DNA of 64,000 nt from Vicinamibacteria bacterium (GTDB lineage: Bacteria; Acidobacteriota; Vicinamibacteria; Marinacidobacterales; Marinacidobacteraceae): NCBI GenBank assembly GCA_963555995.3, contig OY821641.1, forward strand, positions 3,200,001 through 3,264,000, written 5' to 3'. A model generated the notes under the pieces. The model saw only the letters and a program-made list of their open reading frames with translations, was not told the origin of the DNA and searched no databases. Made by a program: the position numbers and the translations under genes. Shown piece after piece: positions 45,519 to 55,600 of the stretch. How positions within the stretch are numbered: the stretch's first letter is position 1; each line of letters starts with the position of its first letter.

Positions 45519-46445
45519 ATGTCGCATCACCATCATCACGACGCGCTAGCCCCTGCACACGGTGGGAAACTGCCCTCGCGGTGGGCGCTGGGCGCCGCCC
45601 TCCTCTGCACCCTGACGATCGCGGCGGCGGAGTTCGTCGGCGGAATCCTCGCCAACAGCCTCGCCCTGCAGGGCGACGCCGGGCACATGCTGAGCGACGC
45701 CGCCGCCCTCGGCGTCTCGTTCCTCGCCGCCTGGCTGGCGACCCGTCCGATGACCGCCCGCCGCACCTTCGGCTTCCACCGGGCCGAGGTGCTGGCGGCG
45801 CTGCTGAACTCGGTGTTCCTGCTGGGGATCGCCGGCTGGGTCGGCATCCGCGCGGTCGGCCGGCTGGGTCAGCCGGTGGAGGTGGCCGCCCTGCCGGTGC
45901 TGGTCATCGCGATCATCGGCCTCGCGGTGAACCTCGTGGCGCTCAAGATCCTGGGCCATCATTCACACAGCAACCTGAACATCCGGGGCGCCTTCCTGCA
46001 TGTGCTCGGGGACACGCTGGGTTCGGTGGGGGTCATCATCTCGGCCATCGTCATCCACTTCACCGGGTGGACGACGGTGGACTCCCTCGCCTCGCTGGGG
46101 ATCGCCGGTCTCCTCGTTCTCTCGGGAGCGCGGCTGCTGCGCGACAGCATCTCGGTGCTGATGCTCGCCACCCCGGCCAACGTGGACGGCGAAGCGGTGC
46201 GTTCCGGCCTGCTCTCCCTGCCGGGCGTCCTCGGGATCCACGACCTGCACATCTGGACGGTGAACAGCGGCTTCGTTTCGCTCAGTTGCCACGCCGACAT
46301 CGAAGCCAACACGCCGACGGACGTCATTCTCAAGAGCGCGACCCAACTGCTGCGCGAGCGTTTCGGCATCCGCCACGTCACGATCCAGCCGGAGGTCACC
46401 CGGGTCCACGGGGACGCCGACTCGTGCCAGATCCTCGCGACCTGA
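45519..46445 (+). CDS. Cation diffusion facilitator (CzcD/ZitB-like Zn/Co/Cd exporter)
   Basis: His-rich N-terminus, SLALQGDAGHMLSD, TFGFHRAE, AFLHVLGD, HDLHIW and HVTIQ. Confidence 0.9.
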   Translation: MSHHHHHDALAPAHGGKLPSRWALGAALLCTLTIAAAEFVGGILANSLALQGDAGHMLSDAAALGVSFLAAWLATRPMTARRTFGFHRAEVLAALLNSVFLLGIAGWVGIRAVGRLGQPVEVAALPVLVIAIIGLAVNLVALKILGHHSHSNLNIRGAFLHVLGDTLGSVGVIISAIVIHFTGWTTVDSLASLGIAGLLVLSGARLLRDSISVLMLATPANVDGEAVRSGLLSLPGVLGIHDLHIWTVNSGFVSLSCHADIEANTPTDVILKSATQLLRERFGIRHVTIQPEVTRVHGDADSCQILAT

Positions 46446-48940
46446 CGAGATCCCGACCGCCCGCCGTCGCGCTGGCGGCGCTGGTGGCGCTGCTGGCGGA
46501 GGTCCCCGGTGCCGGGGCGCAGATGAGCACCCTGCGCTACCCGGCAGTCGCGGGAGGCCAGATCCGGATCGAGAACTACCTGGTGCCGCGGGTCACGTCG
46601 TGGCCGGCGTATCCGGCCTGGTCCCCCGACGGGAGCGAGATCGCGTTCGCCCTCGACGGCCGTCTGTGGGTAATGCCCGCGGCCGGCGGGGAGGCCCGCC
46701 AACTGACCGGCGGGCCGGAGGACCCGGCGGCGACCTACGACTTCGAGCCGGACTGGTCGCCCGACGGCCGCTTCGTGGTGTTCTCCCGCGACACCGACGG
46801 GAACCTCGACATCTGGCGGGTCGGCCGCGCCGGAGGGGTTCCCGAGCGCCTGACGCGCCACCCGGCGATGGACTTCCACCCCCGGGCGGCGGCGGGTGGC
46901 CGGGTCCTCTATTCCTCGGCGCAGTCGGGCAGCTTCGACATCCGCGCGGTGAGCGCGGACGGGTCGGACACGCTCGTCTGGGGCGGCGATTCCAACGAGA
47001 TCCAGCCGGACCCCGGCCCGGACTTCGGGGAGGGCCTGCCGGGCGGTTTCCTGGTGGCGGTCTCCAACCGGTCCGACTACCCCGGGACCGGCGGCATCTT
47101 CCGGATCGAGGGAGCGGGCGACTACCAGGAACTCCACGTCGAGGAGACCACCTTCCGGACCCGTCCCGCGGTGTCCCCCGACGGCAGCCTGATCGCCTTC
47201 GCCTCCGACATCCGGGGCAGCTACGACCTCTTCCTGCTGCCCGCGGACGGCGGCCTCCCCTTCCGGCTGACCCGCGACGACGACTGGGACGAGAAGGACC
47301 CGGCGTGGTCTCCCGACGGGCAGGAACTCGTCTTCACCACGAACCGGAACGGGCAGCCGGAACTCGAGGTGATCGGCGTCCACGGCGGCGGCGCCCGGCC
47401 GCTGCCGGTCACGGGGCTCGACCGCGCCGGACCGGCGTGGGGAAGGCTGCGGGTCCAACTGAGCGAGCCGGCGCGGGCGACCGTGATGGGAGCCGACGGC
47501 AGGGCGCACGCCCCGCGGGGCGTCTTCCGCCGCATCGTCTCCTACACGGAGACCCACTACTTCCACGCCGCCGGGGAATTCGTCGTGGAGCTACCTCCGG
47601 GCGGGGCCACCGTCCGCCTCAAGCGCGGCGTCGAGTTCCGGCCCTGGGAGCGGGAGGTCACGATCCGGTCCGGGGAGGACTCGCGCCTCGAAGCGGAACT
47701 CGAACGCTTCAGCGATCTCGGCGCGGAGGGCTGGATGTCCGGGGACACCCACGTCCATGACCTCCACGCCGGCGACCTGCGGATCACCCCCGCGGACCTC
47801 GTGGCCCAGGCGGAGGCCGAGGCGGTGGAGGTGATCCATGCGCTCATCCACGTGGACGGCTCGCGGACCATGGGGGACCCGGCCCGCTTCGTGGCCGGCC
47901 GGCACCCGGCGTCCACGGAGAGCGTGTTCCTCCGCTACGGCCAGGAGTACCGGATGCCGTTCGGACACCGGACCTTCCTGAACCCCGAGCGGCTCTTCTA
48001 CCCGCTGGCGACCGGGGTCCGGGGGACGGCGCGGGAGGCGCCCTTCCCGCCGCTCTTCGAGTACATCCGGCGCCTGCGAGCCGAGCAGGGCGACCAGGTG
48101 GTGGCCGGCATGCCCCATCCCTACTTCGCCTATCTGGCGGAGGGAATCCGGTTTGACGGCGCCTCCCCCTCCGAGATCCCGCTCGACGCGACGCTCGGCG
48201 TCGCCGACTTCTTCGACATCAACTGCATCCCGAGTTCGGAGACCGGATCGGCGGCGATCTACGCCCGCCTGCTGAACGCCGGCTTCCGGCTGGCCGCCGC
48301 GGGCGGCTCGGACACCTTCTCGGACACCTCCCGCGATCCGCCGCTCGGCACCGGCCGCACCTACGTCCGCCTCCGGGACGGCGAGGGTCCCGAGGACTGG
48401 CCGCTCGCCCTCCGCGCCGGCCGGAGCTTCTCGACGAACGGGCCGCTCCTCGAACTGGACGTGGACGACCACGGGATGGGAGACGAGATCCAGAGGGACG
48501 GCCCCGCCGTGCTCCCGGTGCGGGCGCGCGCCGTCTCCGCGGTGCCCATGGAACGGCTCCTGGTGCTCGTGAACGGCGAGGTGTGGCGGGAGGCGACCAG
48601 TGACCCGGCCGCCGACCCCGTGGCCGGTTCGCCCTTCGAGCTGGAGATCGCGGGAGAACTCGAACTCGCGGACAGCGCCTGGATCGCGGTGCGCGCCGAG
48701 GGGCCGCGGTCCGTCTGGACCACCGACAGCTCCCTCTTCGCCCATTCCACCCCGGTGTACGTCCTGATCGAGGGGCGCGGCATCGTGGTGGAATCCGACC
48801 GGCGCTACCTGGAAACGATGATCGAGGACTTCGGCGCCGCGATGGCCCGCCGCGACGACTGGCTGAACGAGGCCCAGCGCGACCTCGTGCTCGCCGGGGT
48901 GGAAGAAGGTCTTGCCCAGGTCCGCGCCCGGAAGAGGTAG
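46424..48940 (+). CDS. Secreted TolB-like (PD40) propeller + CehA/McbA-like PHP metallohydrolase
   Basis: Signal peptide, repeated P.WSPDG, GDTHVH, GQEYR..GH, GGSD, GRTYV, GRSFSTNGP and AHSTP. Start uncertain. Confidence 0.75.
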   Translation: MPDPRDLTRSRPPAVALAALVALLAEVPGAGAQMSTLRYPAVAGGQIRIENYLVPRVTSWPAYPAWSPDGSEIAFALDGRLWVMPAAGGEARQLTGGPEDPAATYDFEPDWSPDGRFVVFSRDTDGNLDIWRVGRAGGVPERLTRHPAMDFHPRAAAGGRVLYSSAQSGSFDIRAVSADGSDTLVWGGDSNEIQPDPGPDFGEGLPGGFLVAVSNRSDYPGTGGIFRIEGAGDYQELHVEETTFRTRPAVSPDGSLIAFASDIRGSYDLFLLPADGGLPFRLTRDDDWDEKDPAWSPDGQELVFTTNRNGQPELEVIGVHGGGARPLPVTGLDRAGPAWGRLRVQLSEPARATVMGADGRAHAPRGVFRRIVSYTETHYFHAAGEFVVELPPGGATVRLKRGVEFRPWEREVTIRSGEDSRLEAELERFSDLGAEGWMSGDTHVHDLHAGDLRITPADLVAQAEAEAVEVIHALIHVDGSRTMGDPARFVAGRHPASTESVFLRYGQEYRMPFGHRTFLNPERLFYPLATGVRGTAREAPFPPLFEYIRRLRAEQGDQVVAGMPHPYFAYLAEGIRFDGASPSEIPLDATLGVADFFDINCIPSSETGSAAIYARLLNAGFRLAAAGGSDTFSDTSRDPPLGTGRTYVRLRDGEGPEDWPLALRAGRSFSTNGPLLELDVDDHGMGDEIQRDGPAVLPVRARAVSAVPMERLLVLVNGEVWREATSDPAADPVAGSPFELEIAGELELADSAWIAVRAEGPRSVWTTDSSLFAHSTPVYVLIEGRGIVVESDRRYLETMIEDFGAAMARRDDWLNEAQRDLVLAGVEEGLAQVRARKR

Positions 48941-50357
48941 GCAGTCCATCCAGGGCAACAGGGCCGACGTAGCGGTCGTCGGCGCCGGTCCGGCGGGATC
49001 GCTGGCCGCCCGGCAACTGGCGGTTTTCGGCCTGGATGTGGTGCTGGTCCACCAGCCCCGGCGGCAGCGGCAGCATCTCGGCGAGAGCCTGTCGGCGTCG
49101 GCGCCGCGCCTCCTCGGGTCGTATGGCCTGGAGATTCCGGAGTCGGTCTACGCGCCGCGTCCTAACGACCACTTCGTCCGCTGGGGCGGACGCGAAGACC
49201 GGATCGCCGCCCAGCCGGAGGCGGGCGCCGGGGAGGGGCAACGGCTCATCCGCCGTGACCACCTCGATGACTGGGCTCTGTCCGAGGCCCGCGCCGCCGG
49301 CGCGCGGGTGATCGTGGGCTCGGCGGCGCGAGACCCCGAAGCCGGAGGCGCGGCGCTCGTCGTCCGGCAGCGGGGCGAGAACGAGCGGCGCGTCACCGCC
49401 GGGGCGCTGGTGGACGCTTCCGGCCGCAGCGGTGTCCTCACCCGCGAGAAGAGGGAGCGGCCGGGATTCCGAACCACGGCGCTCACCGCGCACTTCGCTC
49501 CCGGCAACCGGGAGGGAACGGTGATCGAGGCGTTTTCCGATGGCTGGGTCTGGAGCGCCCCGGTTGTCGACGGCCGCCGGGACGTCACCGTGATGCTTGA
49601 CGCGGAGGACGCCGCCGGGAGCCCCGAGGAACGCTTTCGGGAAGCGGTGGGGCTGGTGGATCTCGGCGGGTTCGTCACCGGCGACCCCCTGACGCCGGTC
49701 CGCGCGGCGGACGTGACCCCGTACCGCCTGCGGTCGGCCGCCACATCCGGCGAAGCGCTGCTGATCGCCGTCGGCGACGCGGCGAGCGCCCTCGATCCCC
49801 TTTCGGGACTCGGAACCATGAAGGCGATGGACTCCGGGCTCACCGCGGCGGTGGTCCTCCGCACCGCGCTCGAACGGCCGGGCGATGCCGGGCTGGCCCT
49901 CGCGTTCCACGGGACGAAGGAACGGGGACTGGCCCTGGAGGCCGAGGAACGGGTTGCCGGCTTCTACGCCGAGGAGGAACGCTTCGGCGAGCGGGCGTTC
50001 TGGCGGCGCCGCTCCCGGAGAGCCGCCGCGGCGGCGCCTCCCCGGCGGCTCCCCGGGGACGGCCGCCTCGCGCCGGCCCCGGGGGCCCGGGTCGAGACGC
50101 AGGGGGTGCTGCACGGCGACTGGATCGCGCGCGCGGACGTGGTGGTCCGGCCCGGGCGTCTCCGGCCCGCCTACCGGGTCGCCGGGATCGCTCTCGCCGA
50201 TCTGTTCCGGACCGCGTCCGCCACGGGCAGCATCCACCGGACTCTCGAGGCGTTTCCCGCCCCGGAACCGGCCGCACGGGCCGCGCTCGCCTGGCTGGTT
50301 GCGGAGGGGTTCCTGATCGCCACCGAGTCGAACCCGGAGACCGTCCGTCCCGGGTGA
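48912..50357 (+). CDS. FAD-dependent oxidoreductase, halogenase/LodB-like
   Basis: DVAVVGAGPAG, GESL, VDASGR, GWVWSAP and GDAA..DPLSG.G. Possible C-terminal winged helix. Confidence 0.75.
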   Translation: MPRSAPGRGRQSIQGNRADVAVVGAGPAGSLAARQLAVFGLDVVLVHQPRRQRQHLGESLSASAPRLLGSYGLEIPESVYAPRPNDHFVRWGGREDRIAAQPEAGAGEGQRLIRRDHLDDWALSEARAAGARVIVGSAARDPEAGGAALVVRQRGENERRVTAGALVDASGRSGVLTREKRERPGFRTTALTAHFAPGNREGTVIEAFSDGWVWSAPVVDGRRDVTVMLDAEDAAGSPEERFREAVGLVDLGGFVTGDPLTPVRAADVTPYRLRSAATSGEALLIAVGDAASALDPLSGLGTMKAMDSGLTAAVVLRTALERPGDAGLALAFHGTKERGLALEAEERVAGFYAEEERFGERAFWRRRSRRAAAAAPPRRLPGDGRLAPAPGARVETQGVLHGDWIARADVVVRPGRLRPAYRVAGIALADLFRTASATGSIHRTLEAFPAPEPAARAALAWLVAEGFLIATESNPETVRPG

Positions 50358-50531
50358 GCGGCAAACAGCCTGTGGTGAGACTCCGTGAGCGCCGAGAGGC
50401 CCAGTTGCCGTGAGAATGCGGTCAGGGCGATCCGCCTCGCAGCGCCAGCCTCCGGCTGGCATCGCGGGGAGCGCGAAACGCCCATGATCGGTCCTCCCGC
50501 ACACCCCGCCCGTCTTGAAGCGGCGGAAATG

Positions 50532-50696
50532 GCTTGGAACGCCGGCTTCAGCCGGCACAGCGAGCCGAAGGTCCGCGGATGTCGTGCCGCTATTCGCGGT
50601 AATGGACCGCGAGCCGAGCATCATCGGGCAGATGGGCGTCGTGCCGCACGCTGCGCTTCGCGCAGCGGGTGCCGGCTGAAGCCGGCGTTCCAAGCC
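50532..50696. repeat. REPIN-like element (inverted REP pair)
   Basis: REPs at 50536(+) and 50669(-). Spacer homologous to 28117-28220. Confidence 0.85.
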
Positions 50697-50952
50697 GGTC
50701 GCGCCATCGCGGCGCTTGGCCGACCCGCTGGACTGCATTTGCACAACAAACCCGCGCTGATGGCATTCCTCCCCTTGAACGTGGAGCCCACGTTCGGCTC
50801 CTTGCGGTCGGCGGTGCGCCGTTCCTGGTTGGGGTCACGCCATGTGGGTCCGTGGCAGCGTGCGTTCACTCCCCTGCAGGGAGAGATGCCGGCCGGAGGC
50901 CAGCGCTCCTACTGCACTTGCAACCGGGCCGCGAGGGTCTTGTCGCAGGCCG

Positions 50953-52539
50953 TCAGCCCGATGCCTCGGCGACCTCGAACCGTTCGACGTTGCGGGTCCG
51001 GCTGCTGAACTCCACCCCCACGAGGCGGACGGGGGCGCCGCCGACGCGGTACTTCTCCGCGTAGCCCCGTTCCCGAAGCTGCGCCAGCGCGGTTCCGCTT
51101 CCCGACTGCTCGATCACCTTGAATTCAAACAGCCACGCCTGGCCGAACGCGCGGACGGCCATGTCGAGCCGCCCCAGGTTCGTGCTGTCCTCCACCGTCA
51201 CGTCGAACCCCAGGCCGGCGAAGTACGAATAGAACACGCTCGCGTAGTACCCCTCGTAGTTCGCGATCTCGTTCCGGGTGAACCACTGGTGCGGAATCCC
51301 GGCGAACAGGCCGCGGAACCACCCTTCGAGCCCGGCGATGTCCTGTTCCTCCAGCAGCCGGAAGAGCCGCGTCCGGTTCCCCTCCCGCCGTCCCTGGTCC
51401 GGATCCAGGCGCGTCAGGAGATGCTGGTTCAGGGCCTTCTGCACTTCCCGGTTCGGATACCCGAGTCGGAACCGGACCTCCGCGCCGAACGCGACTTCCT
51501 CACGGATGGTCAGGTATCCGGTCTGGAACAGCAGCGCCTCCGTGGCGATGTGCTCCACGTCGAAAGCCGAGAGGAGGTCGCTGCTGCTCACCAGGTCGTC
51601 GAGCCGCGGCGTGATCGTCTTGCGCCGGATCAGGCTCTCCACCAGGAAACCCGGCGAAGCGCTGTCGAACCAGTGCGGCAGGAACTCGCGACTGTCGAAC
51701 AAGAGCAGCACTCCGAACGGGTTGTACACCCGCTCCTCTCCGCGCCAGTTGTAGCCGTCGTACCACTCCCGGATGCGGTCCCGGTCCAGGCCGGGCAACT
51801 CGGGGGCGAACACTTCGTCGAGATCGGACTCCCGGTAGCCGCAGATCGCCGCGTAGCGGCGGTCCAGCGTGATGTCCTTCAGGTTGTTCAACTCGGAGAA
51901 CAGGCTCACCTTGGAGAACTTGCTCACCCCCGTCAGGAAACTGAACCGGATGTGGGCATCCGAGTGCTTGAGGACCCCGTAGAGACCCCGCAGGAAGTCG
52001 CGGTTGGCGCGCGCCAGGTCCCGCGCCCGCTCCTCGGTGTCGCCGACACAGCGCCCGCTGAAGAGGGCGTCGAGGATGGGCTTGTCGTACTCGTCCACAA
52101 GCACCACGACGCGCCGTCCGGTCCGCTCGTGGAGCTCCCTCAGGACCGCCCGAAACCGGCCCGCGACCGTCTCGAATTGGGGCGACATCCCGGCAGCGCG
52201 CTCGATCTCGGCGATCCGGTCGAGCGTCTCGGCCCGCAGCGCGCCGGCTTCCGTGTAGTGGCCGCTGCTGAAATCGAGGCGCACCACCGGATTGCGGGCC
52301 GACCAGTCCCAGCGGTCGTGGATCGCCAGGCTCCGGAAGAGTGGCTCGTTCCCCTCAAAGAGCTCCTTGATCGTGTCCACCAGGAGACTCTTGCCGAACC
52401 GGCGAGGCCGGGAAAGGAAGTAGTGCTTCCCCTCCCGCGTCAGCCGTTCGATCCACGGGGTCTTGTCCACGTAGTAGGCGTCCGCCGTCCGGATTTCCCG
52501 GAAGGTCTGGACCCCGATGGGAAGACGGCGGCGGCGCAC
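50953..52539 (-). CDS. AAA-ATPase-like + PD-(D/E)XK nuclease (PDDEXK_9/DUF1703-type) protein
   Basis: LPIGVQTF, YVDKT, RPRRFGKS, VDEYDKP, TGVSKF, YNPF and GRLDM...FEFK...ALAQ..YAEKY. Confidence 0.9.
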   Translation of the reverse strand: MRRRRLPIGVQTFREIRTADAYYVDKTPWIERLTREGKHYFLSRPRRFGKSLLVDTIKELFEGNEPLFRSLAIHDRWDWSARNPVVRLDFSSGHYTEAGALRAETLDRIAEIERAAGMSPQFETVAGRFRAVLRELHERTGRRVVVLVDEYDKPILDALFSGRCVGDTEERARDLARANRDFLRGLYGVLKHSDAHIRFSFLTGVSKFSKVSLFSELNNLKDITLDRRYAAICGYRESDLDEVFAPELPGLDRDRIREWYDGYNWRGEERVYNPFGVLLLFDSREFLPHWFDSASPGFLVESLIRRKTITPRLDDLVSSSDLLSAFDVEHIATEALLFQTGYLTIREEVAFGAEVRFRLGYPNREVQKALNQHLLTRLDPDQGRREGNRTRLFRLLEEQDIAGLEGWFRGLFAGIPHQWFTRNEIANYEGYYASVFYSYFAGLGFDVTVEDSTNLGRLDMAVRAFGQAWLFEFKVIEQSGSGTALAQLRERGYAEKYRVGGAPVRLVGVEFSSRTRNVERFEVAEASG

Positions 52540-52673
52540 CTCGCCACCTTACCCCAGCCGCCGGGCCGGACCTCCACCACGGATGCTCCTTCCCGCGAGC
52601 ACGGGTCGGGCGTCCGCCGCGGAAGCGCGATGGAGCACAATCCCCCCGGATCGCATCGAACAAGGAGGTGTTG

Positions 52674-55600
52674 ATGGCGTCCGACCACCCTGCCCGGGGT
52701 CCGGCGGCGCGACCGCGCGGGGCCGGAACTTCCTCGAACCGGGGAGAGCCCGTCGCCGTGATCGGGATGGCGTGCCGGTTCCCCGGCGCGCCGGACATTC
52801 CCTCGTTCTGGCAGCTGCTCGAGACGGGCGGGAACGCGGTCACCGAGGGGGTTCCCGGTTCGGGCGTCGGGCGGGTGGGGGAACTCCTCCCCGAGAGCGC
52901 CGCGAGCAACACCGCGTGCCGGTTCGGGGCCTTCGTCCCGGACCTGGACCTCTTCGACAACGGGTTCTTCCGGATCTCGCCGGTGGAGGCGGAGCTGCTG
53001 GATCCCCAGCAACGCATGATGCTGGAGGTCAGTTGGCAGGCCCTCGAGGACGCGGGGATTGATCCCGACCGGCTGAAGGGAAGCCGCACCGGCGTCTATG
53101 CCGGCATCAGCAACGACGAGTACCGCATGCTGGTGGTGGACGGGGAGAAGCCCGCCGAGGCCGCCGGATGCCTCTACGCGCTCAGCGGCACGAACCTGAA
53201 CGGGGCCGCGGGGCGCGTCTCCTTCGTGCTGGGGGTCATGGGGCCGGCGAAGGCGGTGGACGCCGCCTGCGCGTCGTCGCTCGTCTCGGTCCACGACGCG
53301 GTGGCCGACCTCCAGGCGGGGAAGGCGGACCTCGCGCTCGCGGGCGGCGTCCAGGCCATCCTGAACGGACGCATCTACGAACTCCGCGCCGATTCGATGA
53401 TGCTGTCGCCCGACGGGCAGTGCAAGGCGTTCGACGCGTCGGCGAACGGCTACGTGCGGGGCGAGGGCTGCGGGGTCGTGGTGCTGAAGCGCCTTCGCGA
53501 GGCCGAGGCGGACGGGGACCCCATCTGGGGAGTGATCCACGGCGCCTCGGTGAACCACGGCGGGGCCAGCGTCGGGCTGACGGTTCCGCACGAGCCCGCG
53601 CTCGTACGGGTGATGAACGAGGCGCTGTCCGACGCGGGCGTCGCTCCGGCCGACGTGGACTACATCGAGGCTCACGGCACCGGCACCACGGTCGGCGACC
53701 CGATCGAGATCAACGCGGTGGCGGCGGCCTACGCGAGGGAGCGCGAGGCCGAACACCCGCTGCTCGTGGGCTCCGTCAAGACCAACCTCGGCCACCTGGA
53801 GTCGGCGGCCGGGATCGCGGGGCTCATCAAGGCGGTGCTCGTCGTGAATCGGGGGGTCATTCCGAAGCATCTCCATTTCAGGGACCCCAACCCGAGCCTC
53901 GACTGGGAGCGGCTCCCGATCCGGGTGACCGCGGAGATGATGGCGTGGCCGCGCCGGAACGGCCGGCCGCGTCTCGCCGGGGTGAACTCGTTCGGGATTT
54001 CCGGAACGAACTCCCACCTGATCGTCGGGGAGTACCGCGGCGCCGAAGGCCAGCCCCCGCCGGCGGGACGGCTTGCGGCATCCACGCGGCCGGTGGTCGT
54101 CGGTGAGGCGCTCCGGGCGGACGGGGAGTTTCGGGAACGCGCCACGCGGGTTCTGCCCCTCTCGGGCAAGACGCCGGGAGCGCTCCAGCAGTTGGCGGGC
54201 CGCTACCGGGAATGGCTCGACGAGGCCGGGGCCGGGGATTCGGCGGCGCGCCGCCTCCCCGACGTGGCGTGGACGGCGGGCGTCGGCCGCAGCCAGTTCG
54301 ATCTCCGGGCGGCGGTCGTCTTCTCCGGCGCCGAATCCCTCCGGGAGCAGCTCCGCGCGCTGGCCGACGCCGGCGACGGGGTGGAGCCGGGCGCCCGGGC
54401 GAGGGTGGCCTTCGCCTACACGGGCCAGGGAAGCCAGTGGGCCGGCATGGGGGAGGCGCTCTACGGGACGGAGCCCGCCGTCCGGGCGGTCCTCGACCGG
54501 TGCGAGGCGGCGTTCCGCGAGGCCCGGGGGACATCGCTCCTCGACGTGATGTTCGGGCGCGGCGCCGGGGACGCCGACCTCGGCGACACGGCCTGGGAAC
54601 AGCCGGCGCTCTACGCGCTCGAGTGCGCGCTGACGGCGCTCTGGTCGAGCGTGGGGATCCGTCCCGACGTGGTGATGGGACACAGCGTCGGAGAGATCGC
54701 CGCCGCGCAGGCCGCGGGCGTGTTCCCGCTCGAAACCGGAATGCGGTTCGCCGCCGCGCGGGGAACGCTGCTGTCCGGAACCGCTCCGGGCGCGATGGCG
54801 GCGGCCTTCGCTTCGGCGGAACGGGTCGCGGCGGCCATCGCCGCGTGGAACGCCACCTCTTCGGAGCTGCCGGTGAACATCTCGGCGGACAACGGCGCCC
54901 ACCAGGTGGTGAGCGGCCCGGCGTCCGGGATCGAAGGCGTTTTGGAGCGGTTGCAGGAGGACGGGGTCCGGGTCCGGCGGCTCAACACGACCCGCGCGTT
55001 CCACAGCGCCCTCGTGGAGCCGGCGCTCCCGGAGCTGGAGGCGGTCCTGCACGGTCAGGAGATCGGGAGTCCCACCGTCACGCTGGTGAGCAACCTGACG
55101 GGCCGGCCGGTCGGGCCCGGCGAAGCCCTGGACGGCGCCTACTGGCGGCGTCACGCCCGGGAGCCGGTGGCTTTCGCGCAGGGGGTGGGCGCGCTCGCCG
55201 AACTCGGGGTGGACCTGGTGGTGGAGATCGGCCCGCGGCCGGTGCTCGCCCCCATGACGATGTCGGCGTGGCCGGCGTCGGCGGCGGCGCAGCCGCCGGC
55301 GGTGATCGCCAGCCAGCGCGCCCCGTCCGCCGACGAAGCGGCCGGGGGTCACGCGCACTTCGTCGAGGCGGTCGCGGAGGCCTGGGAAGCCGGTCTCCCG
55401 GTCCGTTTCGAGGGGCTCTTCACGGGGGAATCGCGCCGGCGCATCGGATTGCCGGGCTACCCGTTCCAGCGCGAGCGCTACTGGCTCAAGACGCCGAAAC
55501 GCCGGCGGCAGGCCGCGGGACACCCCCTGCTGGGGGTCCGGCACGAGTCCGCGCGCGGCGAGATCACCTTCGAGACAGAGGTGTTCCCCTCGGATCCGGC

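Noticed and set aside
45503-46423. 1145-aa ORF as a single protein
   Set aside because: The first ~300 codons overlap the CDF gene in another frame; the real protein likely starts at the signal peptide near 46424.
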